Below, one piece after another: positions 1-10,700 of a stretch of 64,000 nucleotides of DNA; position 1 is the first letter of the stretch, and each line of letters starts with the position of its first letter. The notes under the pieces are model-generated. The model had not been told where the DNA came from. It saw nothing but the letters and a program-made list of their open reading frames with translations, and ran no database searches. A program made the position numbers and the translations under genes. The stretch is from assembly GCA_000004985.1 (NCBI GenBank), contig GG738916.1; one strand, 5' to 3'. The DNA comes from Naegleria gruberi. Lineage: Eukaryota.

Positions 1-1729
1 GGTGGTAAATCAGCTACTAATCTTGTTAAGGATTTTGTAAAGATTAAATTGTCTACTCTGGATGTGGATAAGGCTACTTGCCAATCGGAGGTATTAATTT
101 CTGAACTTGATGGCTTTGCTCCAAGATTTGGTCATTCATTGGTGTTGGAAAAATCAGAAAATGGTAAAAGACTTTACTCCATTGGTGGTTGTAATAATAA
201 GGTTGACCATTTGGATTGTATCTATATTGATTTAAATAACATCAAGAATGGTTGGGATGTAACTTATACTCATTCTCTTTCCCACACTTTCAAAAGCAAA
301 GATGTTGGACCCGTATTTCATGCAAATGTTCCATTCCAAGTGATCAATGAAGATGATAGTATTGCTATGAATTACTTTGTATTTGGTGGTACTTATCAAA
401 AGACTGAGGATTCTAAAATTCAAGAGACCAGCCAACAAACAGATAAGATTGAAAAGAAGCAGAAAAAGAAACAAGCTGGTGAGCCATCATTTAATATTGA
501 AGTATTTGATAATGTGATGAATGATGACATTTTCAGATTGGTTCTCTCATTCATGACAATTTCAGATTTGTGTAAATTAGAGTTGGTCTCTAAGAAATTG
601 AGAATTTGCAAGCTCACCTCAGAGGATCAATACTGGAAGGATTATTACTATCAAAGGATTAATTTATATTTGGAAGCAAGCAAAACTTATAACTATAATT
701 ACAACAAGATAACTAGAGCTTATGAAACTAATTATCAATATTCTGAGATCTATACTTCATACCTCAAATTTACTAGCAACTATAAGAGACGTTTGATTGA
801 AGTTATTGGAGAATGCATGTCAAAAGCTGACAGAGATCACCACAAGAGAACCAGTTATATTGAAGGTTTGTCACAATGTGGAAGTGACATCTACGTTCCT
901 AAAGAAGAAATTCTCAAGTACAAGTTGAAAAATGCTTCAACAAGTGCTTTTAAAATTGTTCAAGTTGGTGAGTTGTCATTTATTTGAGAAAATACTTGAA
1001 TACTAATTAATCAATTGAAATTTCAAATAATAAGGTGATGGAGCTGTGGGTAAAACATGTCTTTGGATATCTCTAACCACCAACGCCTTTCCACATGAAT
1101 ATGTGCCAACCGTTTTTGATAATTACAGTCAAAATTATGTCTGTGATGGAACAACTTTCAGTCTTGGATTGTGGGATACTGCAGGACCAGAAGGTAAGTA
1201 ATTTTAAAATTGTATTTTGGATTGACCATTCAAAAGATTATGATAGGTAAGTTTAAGAAGAGTTATTAATTTTATAAATTATGCAACTAATGAAATATTA
1301 ACGGATTTAAACATATACAGATTACGTCCACTTTCCTATCCCCAAACTGATTTATTCTTTTTGAGTTTCAGTTGTAGTTCAGAATCATCTATGGATAATG
1401 TCGTTTCAAAATGGATTCCTGAAATAAGACATCATTGCCCAACTACTGCAGTTGCACTTGTTTGTACCAAGATTGATTTTAGAGATGATCCAGTCCTTAG
1501 TAGAGAATTACTTGTCAAAAAACATAAGAAGATTCATAGTTTTGAACAGGGAGAATTACTTGCCAAAAAGATGGGATGTCTCACTTACTTGGAAACAAGT
1601 GCTCTTACAGGTGCTGGAATTAAGGATCTGAACGAAGTGATGGTCAGATCCATCTCTATGTGGAATGATCCTTCATTCAAGCAAATTGTGAAAAAGAATC
1701 GTGAAAAGAAGAATTGTAACATGCAATAA
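1..1729 (+). CDS. Multi-domain protein, 5'-truncated at the window edge. The N-terminal part has a Kelch-like repeat and an F-box-like motif; the ORF is open from nt 1 to 987. It is spliced in frame to a C-terminal Rho/Rac-family GTPase domain. Proposed exons: 1..967, 1035..1193, 1237..1246 (10-nt micro-exon), 1321..1729.
   Basis: The ORF is open from position 1 in frame. It contains GG-doublet/W Kelch-like motifs and an F-box-like stretch, [38 protein letters not shown]. It ends ...AFKIVQVG directly at a GTGAGT donor. The 67-nt intron (968..1034) ends AG, and the next exon reads (G)[32 protein letters not shown]...[10 protein letters not shown], a canonical Rho P-loop and switch I. The 10-nt micro-exon ATTATGATAG joins to exon 4 and restores [15 protein letters not shown]. 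The Rho insert region and a C-terminal CNMQ CaaX box are present. The GTPase domain itself has confidence about 0.9; the fusion to the upstream ORF is inferred from phase-perfect splicing. Confidence 0.6.
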
Positions 1730-2358
1730 ATACATGATTTCTATTAGGATGTGACCACTTGGATTGGAATAAATCCATGACGATTGTCACAAACGAGCAT
1801 AGATATCTAAACAAGTTTAAAAGTCTTTTCTAACAGCAACAACTCTCTGGTTCTTGATTTTGAATAGTCCTCTTGATTGACAGCTTAATTACAATATTGG
1901 ATGAATCAATGAATTCAACTTTAATTCCTTTTAGAACCATACTCTTGATCATCATATATTTAAATTGTCCTTGCTGATGAATCAATTTCTGGTTCTTCCG
2001 AAAACAAAATCTTCTAACCAACAACCTCGTTTATTCCTTACTCAATTTCCTCATTTTTTATTCAATAAAAAAGCAATTAGAAAGGGCGCGGAATCTTTCC
2101 ATCCGTTAAGAAATTCCAAAGAAAATGTGAATACCAACGACCATTCTTTCTTCTTGCCTCGCAATGTACCATTTGGATACCATTAACTGGCCACTTATTA
2201 TTACAAATGTACAATTGCCTTCTCCGAATAATCAACAAGTAGATAGCAAACATTCAGGTGTGCTCTTCAATTATGACCATCTAAATTTACATCTTAATTG
2301 AAAAAAAACAGAACAACAAATTCTCCATCATTTTGAAGAAGAACAGATTATTGATTGT

Positions 2359-4512
2359 ATGGCAAATAGTAATAACGATAGTGATAAAAACAAGACGACA
2401 ACTAAAACAACAGAAAGTCCGAATGGTAATGCTACAAGTCCAAGGATAAAGCAATCTTCTTTGAGTAACATCAATTCGGATGCTACTGGAAAGGAAGAAC
2501 TTCATGTAAGCTTTAACTTGAGTAATATTTCGAGTACGAGTACGAATGGTTTTGGTAATGGTAGTAGGGAGAATTCATTTAGAATTGTTAAACCAAATCA
2601 AAGACTAGGTGATGGCAATGAGGAAATCATTGAATTGGCAGATGCAGTAATATTGCAAAATGATGAGGAAGAATTAATGATTGACGAATCGAGTCCTGAG
2701 AATAGAAATTCAATGGAATGGTCTGGTAGTTTGGCAGAAGATGGCGAACAAGCAGAATTGTTTCGAGAATTGAAACAAGACAGAAAAGAAAGAAAGAATC
2801 AAGAACAGTGGAAATGGTTGTGGAACATGATTAAGGAAACTGTCACTGTATTTCTTCCTTTGGGATTGACAACTTTTGTTGGTGGTATTCAAATAGTATG
2901 TAGTAGAAAGAAAACAATTCATTGTAACAAGTTAAAATAGGTTCAAAAGAAATTTGTAGATAAGAAGAAATGGTTGACTGAGGCAGAATTTATGGAGATT
3001 TATGCTCTTTCTCAAAGCTTACCTGGTGCCATTATTAGTCAAGTAGTATTTTCGATAGCCATGTTAAGACATGGTTTTTGGTCTGGCTTTTTAGCCAATC
3101 TACTCTTTTGTGGACCTGGTTTTATTGCCAATTTGCTTTTTGGTTGGCTGATGGCTGACATTAGTATTGATGATAACTCGCCGAGATGGGTTCTCAACTT
3201 GCAAAACGGTTTGGCTTGTTCAGGTATTGCATTTGCTGTGAGCTCAGCGTTCAGAATGGCCTCAATGTTAAATAAGAGCAAAAGTAGAGCATTTTCATTT
3301 ATATTGGCAGGATTTGTTGCCATGTTGACAATGGTTGCCAAACCAATGTGGATCTTACCAATTCTCATATTTGGAGGTGCTTTTGTTAGTTACTTCTTCT
3401 CCCTCATTTATGATCGTATTATGAGCAGAATAGACAAGTATGAAATTAGAAAGCAAGCTGCTCAAAAGAAGGATAACGAAGAAGACGAGGAAGAAACCTC
3501 GCTGACCATCAAACAAAAGATTATCTTTGTTTACTTATTCTTCAAGAGCTTTTTCAAAAAGCTTCCTGTTGAACCAGCTCAACAAGATAACCAAGAACCT
3601 CAAGCAGAAACCCAAACAGTAGTGGAAGAAACTCAAGAGAAACGAAAACCAAAGGACAAGTTTTCTAAAAATGTTAGAACTCACTCACCTCTTTGGTTGG
3701 GCATTTCCATGCTTTTGATTTTTGCTCTATTATTTGTTGTTTTGATTGTTACCTCAGTAATTTTCGAAACTTACAAAAAGCCAACCATAACAAATGGAGT
3801 AGATGTGTTTAAGGAGACTATAATTATGTCTAATTTTTTCTACAAGTACGGAACATTGATTTTTGGAGGTGGAGTTGGAGGTATTCCTCTTTTGAGAAAT
3901 GAAATGGTTGAACGAAAGTGGGTAACCGAGCAACAGTTCATGAATGGCTTTTCAATTTCTAATGCCCTCGTTGGTCCAAAGCATAGTGTTGCAGCATTCT
4001 ATGGTGCCTGTATTGGTGCCAAGTTTGCTGAAGCATTAGTAAATAGTGGCTCCAATAGAACTATCAATGGAACATATCTGAATGAAACTCTCATTTTTGG
4101 AAATGAAACAAACTCAAACAACTTTACTAATCCGAATCAAATACGTGTGAAACAACGTTCCAGTGCTCTCTATTACATTTTACCGCCACTGTTAGGAGTA
4201 ATTGCAGGTTTACTTTTCCATTTACCTGGATATCTGACAATGGCAGGTTGCCTTCCATTGTGGAGAAAGATTAGAGAAAATAATGTAATCAAATTATCAT
4301 TAATAGGTGTTAATGCAGTTTGTGTAGGATTTGTAGTTTCCAATTCAATCTCTATGTGGATAGACAATGTTGGAACCAGTTCATATCTGGCTGCTGCCAC
4401 AATATTTTGCTTCTTAATGAACTTTTTTGATTTTTCTCCTCCAATAATTGTGATAGCTGGTGCTATTTTATCCATTGTAGCAGGTGAAATTGGCTTTGCA
4501 GTAGGTTGGTAA
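2359..4512 (+). CDS. Chromate ion transporter (CHR/ChrA family), two exons (2359..2895 and 2941..4512), with an N/S/T-rich N-terminal extension
   Basis: Exon 1 ends ...LGLTTFVGGIQI at a GTATGT donor. The 45-nt intron ends AG. Exon 2 continues GFKRNLVDKKKWLTEAEFMEIYALSQSLPGAIISQ... and later LIFGGGVGGIPLLRNEMVERKWVTEQQFMNGFSISNALVGPKH. This is the duplicated ChrA half-domain signature. The protein has many transmembrane segments. Confidence 0.75.
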
Positions 4513-4773
4513 AATTAAGAAAAAGCTCTGAAAACTGTTACCAACTATTTTCTCAAACTCGCATTAAAAAGATTCAATTTACAAAAAGAAAACAATTATT
4601 GGTAAATCCGAGAATTGTAACCCAAGCTTATTTTGTTCTATTAATACATTCATCTTTGGATTTGAAAGTCTTGGCAGCAAACTTTTAATTCAAATTCGAA
4701 AATGTTCATCAAATTTAAAAATTAAATTATTGAAAAAAATCACAACAACAAATCACTTCTTGTAGGAATCACC

Positions 4774-7700
4774 ATGTTCTCTAACAAAGATAATGATCCC
4801 TTGGCTGTGATCGATAGACTTTTACCTCGTTCATCAGGTTCTAGAAGTTTGTCCTATCTAAATAGTCAAGAGGAATTTAATTCTAATTTTGATGTTTTAA
4901 TTTCACCACCTCGTTTATCCAACACTATTCGTGAGAAAACCATCGGAAGCAATACTCTCCAATTATTTGATGAGACTACCTCGTATTATGAACTCTTCCC
5001 AATTATTGAAAATAAGAGAAAGAAGAATACATCTGATGATTTATTAAAATTTGGTATTACTTGGGAAAGTTTTGTTAAACCAAAGATTAGCTTTAAGAAT
5101 GCTAATCAACACAACAAGGATTTTGATCGTAGAATTGAAGAACAAAACGGAAAGAATTTGTTAGAAAAGTTTTTAACCATGTTGCAAGAACAATTGAGAT
5201 TGGATCAAATTTCATCCAACAAGTATGGTGTTGCTAGTGGACTTTCTAAACAACAAGTTGCTTGTTTGATTGCTAAACAACTTTATATTGCTAAGAGAAA
5301 GTTTAAAAACACTTTATCTGTTAAGAGTGTTTTCAAAGATTTACAAAATATGGGTATTGGCTTGTCACTTGATCCAAAGACACAAAAGTTGGAACAAATT
5401 GTCAAGGAAGTTCACATTTTGAAAGTTTTGGAACATTTGGAAAAGTTAATGGATTGGATTGACAGATATGCCAAACCAAACTTGGCAGAAGAAGAAGCCA
5501 AAAGATATGGTAAAGTTGAAAGACTTATTATCGGAACTGGTGAATCAAAGAATACTAATACATACTTTTCCACTGGTACAGAAAAAGATAATGATGAATA
5601 TGATGATGAAGCTCTAGTAATTGATGAAAATATTGAATTTGGTTCTGCTGATGATATTACTAATGCAGACCATTTGCATAATCAATTTAGAAATATTAGT
5701 ATCTTCTCTAGATCCCAATTGGAAAATGTTTTAGACCAAACTAATCTATTCTCCTTCACTGCACCAACAGAAAATGTTGAAGAAGAGGAGGAAGAAGAAG
5801 AAGAATCTGTTCTTTCTTCCATGTATACTGTTGATTGGTTGGAAAAGGAAGCCAGAAAGATTTGCAAGACACCAGGTATTGAAAATATTGTTTTGGATAT
5901 TTTACAAAAGAAGGGACAAGATGCTGTTCAATTACAATCTCGCTTATTCGATGCTCTTGGAGAAAATGCTTTCGAATTAATGTCAATTATCATGGAACAT
6001 AAGTCAGAAATTTTGGCTGATTTGTATAGAATGCAAATGGCAGATAATGCTGTTGAAGGTATTAACTCATTCTCTCATGTAAAGATGACAACATCCAAGT
6101 TCAAGGATGCTCAAAAGAAGCTCAAGAAGGAAGGTAGAAAAATTGGTAGAAAGAATCAAACCAAGTTTAACCTTTCAGGAGGAAACTCTGAAAATGAGTT
6201 GAATGAACTCAAATCACTCTATCAAACCTTCAAGAAGGAAAAGGATAGAAATGTTCTCAAGGCTGGTGAAGGAGAATCTAGAGTACTTGTTCTCGGAAGA
6301 GATGTTATTCCAGAGTCCAATAATGAGGCTGATAAAGAAACTCAAGAAAGAGTTATCAGACAACCAACTTATGAAGAACACGTCTTCCCTGCTCCAAAGA
6401 AACGTGAAGATAACACACCACTTGTTCCAATTTCTATATTTGAAGATTGGGCTCAACTTGCATTCAAAGGTTATACTCACCTCAATCGTGTACAATCTGA
6501 TGTTTTCTATTCTGCTTATAAAACTAGTGAAAACATGTTGGTTTGTGCTCCAACAGGTTGCGGTAAGACAAATATTGCAATGATGACAGTTTTGAGAGAA
6601 ATTGGCCAACACTTTAAGGGAGGAAAGATTAGACGTGAAGAATTCAAGATTATCTATATTGCTCCAATGAAAGCTTTGGCAGCTGAAATGGTTGAAAACT
6701 TCTCCAAGAGACTTGCACCACTTGGCATTACAGTAAAAGAAATGACTGGTGATATGCAATTGACAAAGAGAGAAGTACAACAAACTCAAATGATTGTTAC
6801 TACTCCTGAAAAGTGGGACGTAACAACCAGAAAAGCCTCTGATCAAGCTTTAATTCAATTGACTAGATTGATCATTATTGACGAAGTTCACTTGTTGAAT
6901 GAAGACAGAGGTCCAGTTATTGAATCTATTGTTGCTAGAACTTTAAGACAAGTTGAAACAACACAAAGTATGATTCGTTTGGTTGGTTTATCTGCTACTT
7001 TACCAAATTATATGGATGTTGCTAACTTCCTCAGAGTTGATCCTCATTCCGGATTGCACTTCTTTGATGGATCCTATAGACCTGTTCCACTTGAACAAAG
7101 TTTTATTGGTGTCAGTATTAGAAATCCAATTGCTAGAAATAAGGAATACAATCAAATTGCCTTCAATAGAACCTTGAAGAATTTGAAGAGAGAAAAACAA
7201 GTCATGGTTTTCGTTCACTCCAGAAAGGAAACTTCCACTACTGCCAAAGCTTTAATTGATTTGGCAGTTGAAGAAAATGCTCTTGATATGCTCACTGCTG
7301 GAGTTAAAATGAGTGAACATACCAGAAAGTGGGTAACTAAATCATTAGAAAAGTGTCACAATAGAGAATTGAAAGAATTGGTACCAAAAGGTCTCGGTAT
7401 TCACCATGCTGGTTTAGTTAGATCAGACAGAAATCTTGTTGAAAAGCTCTTTTCTGAAGGTATTATTAGAGTTTTATGTTGTACCTCTACACTCGCTTGG
7501 GGTGTCAACTTGCCATCATATTGTTGTATTATTAAGGGTACCGAAGTTTATAATGCTGAAAAGAGTACCATGACTGAACTTGGAATGTTGGATATTATGC
7601 AAATTTTCGGTCGTGCTGGTAGACCTCAATTTGACGTTGAAGGTGAAGGTGTTATTATTACTAGTTATGAAGTTTTACCTCGTTACCTCAACTTGTTAAA

Positions 7701-10700
7701 GAGAAATTTACCAATCGAATCACAAATGACACAAGATTTGGCTAACCACTTGTGTGCTGAAATTGTTTTGGGTACAGTGTCCAATGTCAGAGAAGGTTGT
7801 TTATGGTTGAATTATACTTACCTCTTCTTGAGAATGAGACAAAACCCAATGAATTATGGTATTTTACCTGAGGAAGTCAAGCTCGATCCTTCATTGATTG
7901 GTATGAGAAAGAGTCTTATTGAAAAGGCCTGTAAGATGTTACAAGAAAGCAAGATGATTATCTACGACGAAAGAACTGGTGTTGTTTCTGCAACTGATTT
8001 GGGTCGTATCGCCTCTCACTTCTATATTCACTACGAAACAATTCAATTGTACAATGAAAAGCTCCATCCAAAGATGTCCGAATCTGATGTTCTCCACATA
8101 GTTGCTAGTGCCAGAGAGTTCAAGAATATCAAGGTTAGAGAAGATGAATCTGAAGAACTTGCTGAATTATCAGCCAATGCACCAGTTAAAGTTACAAAGG
8201 GACAAGATGAATTCACTGGAAAGGTAAATTTGTTGATTCAAAGTTACATTTCCCATGTTAAGATTAAGAATTCATCTCTCATTTCCGATTGTGCCTTTAT
8301 TATTCAGAGTGTTGGTAGAATTATTAGAGCAATCTTTGAAATTGCTATCAAGGAACGTTGGTCATCTTTAGTTGACAAACTTTTAACCTTGACAAAATGT
8401 ATGGAAAGAAGACAATGGGTATTTGAACATCCACTCAGACAAATGTCAAAGATTCCAACCTTTGCCTTGCAAAAACTTGAAAACAAGAATTTGACCCTCT
8501 CCAAATTAGTTGAATATGAAGAATCCGAGTTGGATCAAGTATTGAATGTTAGAGGAATGGGTAGAATTATTATGGAACATATTGATAGATTCCCTCACTT
8601 GGATTTGGAAGCTAACGTTCAACCAATTACAAGAAATGTTCTTCGTTTCCAAGTTAAAATCAGACCAAACTTTACTTGGGACAAGAAATTGCACGGAGAA
8701 ACAGAGCCTTGGTGGATTTGGGTTGAAGATGAAAACTCTGAATTCATCTATCACTCTGAGTACTTCTTGTTAAAGCATGATGAATATGAAAAGATGATGA
8801 AAGAATCAAGAGATGACGAAGAAGGACCATGCTATTCTCTCAACTTTGTTGTTCCTTTCAGAGAAGATCCAAGACCTCTCTATTTTATTATTAGAGCAGT
8901 TTCTGACAAGTGGATTAGTGCAGAAGCACAAATTACCGTCAATATTAAGGATATTATTTTACCAGAAGGTTTTGCTCCAAGCACTCCAATTCTCCCATTG
9001 GATCCTCTTCCAATCACCTGCTTGAACAATCCTGAATATGAAAAGTTATATGCTGATAAGGGTATCAAATATTTCAACCCTGTACAAACACAAATTTTCC
9101 ACATGACATACCATACTGATGAAAATATTCTTATTGGTGCACCAACAGGTTCTGGTAAGACACTTGCTGCTGAATTGTGTATCTTTAGATTGTTCAATAC
9201 TAAACCAAATCAAAAGGTTATTTATATTGCTCCTCTTAAGGCCCTTGTTAGAGAAAGACTTGTTGAATGGGAAAAGAAGTTTGTTCAAAAGTTAGGCAAG
9301 AAAATGGTCGAATTAACTGGTGATTTCACTCCTGATGTTAAATTATTGAAGGAAGCTGATATTGTTATTACAACTCCTGAAAAGTGGGACGGTATTTCTC
9401 GTAACTGGCAAAATCGTTCCTATGTCAGAGATGTTGGTTTGATTGTCATGGACGAAATTCACTTGCTTGGCAGTGGAAGAGGTGCTATTTTAGAAGTCAT
9501 TACATCTCGTATGAGATATATTTCTTGGAACACTCAAACTCACATTCGTTTGATGGGTCTCAGTACGAACATGGCTAATGCTACTGACTTGGCCGATTGG
9601 TTGGGTGTTGGACAAAGAGGTTTGTTCAACTTTAAGAGTTCTGTAAGACCTGTTCCTTTACAAATTAGTATTTCTGGATTCAGTGGTAAGAACTATTGTC
9701 CAAGAATGAATTCTATGAATAAGCCAGCTTATCAAGCAATTTTGAGACACTCCAACAACAAACCTTGTTTGATTTTCGTTTCTTCCAGAAGACAAACCAG
9801 ATTGACAGCAATGGATTTGATTGGTTATTGTTCTGCTGATGAAAATCCTCACAGATTCTTGAGAATGGACCAAAATGAAGTTATTAGTGCTTTGGAACTT
9901 GCTCGTGACACTCACCTCAAACAATTCTTACAATATGGTATTGGTATTCACCATGCTGGTCTTACTCCATCAGACAAAAAACTCGTTGAAGAACTTTTCC
10001 ACTCTGGTAAGATTCAAGTCCTTGTTGCTACTAGTACTTTGGCTTGGGGTGTCAACTTGCCAGCATACTTTGTCATTATCAAAGGTACTGAATTTTTTGA
10101 ACCATCCACAAAGAGATATGAAGATTATCCACTTGTTGATGTATTACAGATGGCTGGTCGTTCTGGTCGTCCAGGTTTCGATACTGAAGGTAGAGTTTTC
10201 ATCATGGTTCACGATATTAAGAAGAATTTCTACAAGAGATTCCTCTATGAACCATTCCCAATTGAATCAAGTTTGCATACTCAATTGCATGACCACATCA
10301 ATGCGGAAATTGTTTCAGGAACTATCAAGACCAAACAAGATTGTTTGGACTATTTAACTTGGACTTTCATGTTCCGTCGTCTTGTCCAAAATCCATGCTA
10401 TTATGGTATTGAAGATTTGTCCTATGAAGGATTGAACAAGTGGTTATCTACTAAGATTACCAGTATTATTGATGACTTGGAATATGCTGGACTTGTTAAA
10501 GCTATTGATTTGAATCTTGATAAGAAGAAACGTTGGGAAGTTATGGCTTCTCAAACACAATCATCAACCTTTGGTACTATGACAGCTGAGAAGGAAAAGG
10601 CTGAAAAGGAAATCCAAAAGGCCAAGGGAATTTATTTGGAACCAACAGCAACTGGTATTATTGCCAGTTTCTATTATTTGTCATATAGAACTGCTTCTCA

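Noticed and set aside
6214-6846. A 210-aa ORF antisense to the ASCC3 helicase. Similar antisense ORFs lie at 5682..5986, 8506..8754, 8880..9288 and 9658..9924.
   Set aside because: They lie wholly inside a strongly conserved sense-strand CDS, have no recognisable motifs, and have the low complexity expected of reverse-complemented coding DNA.
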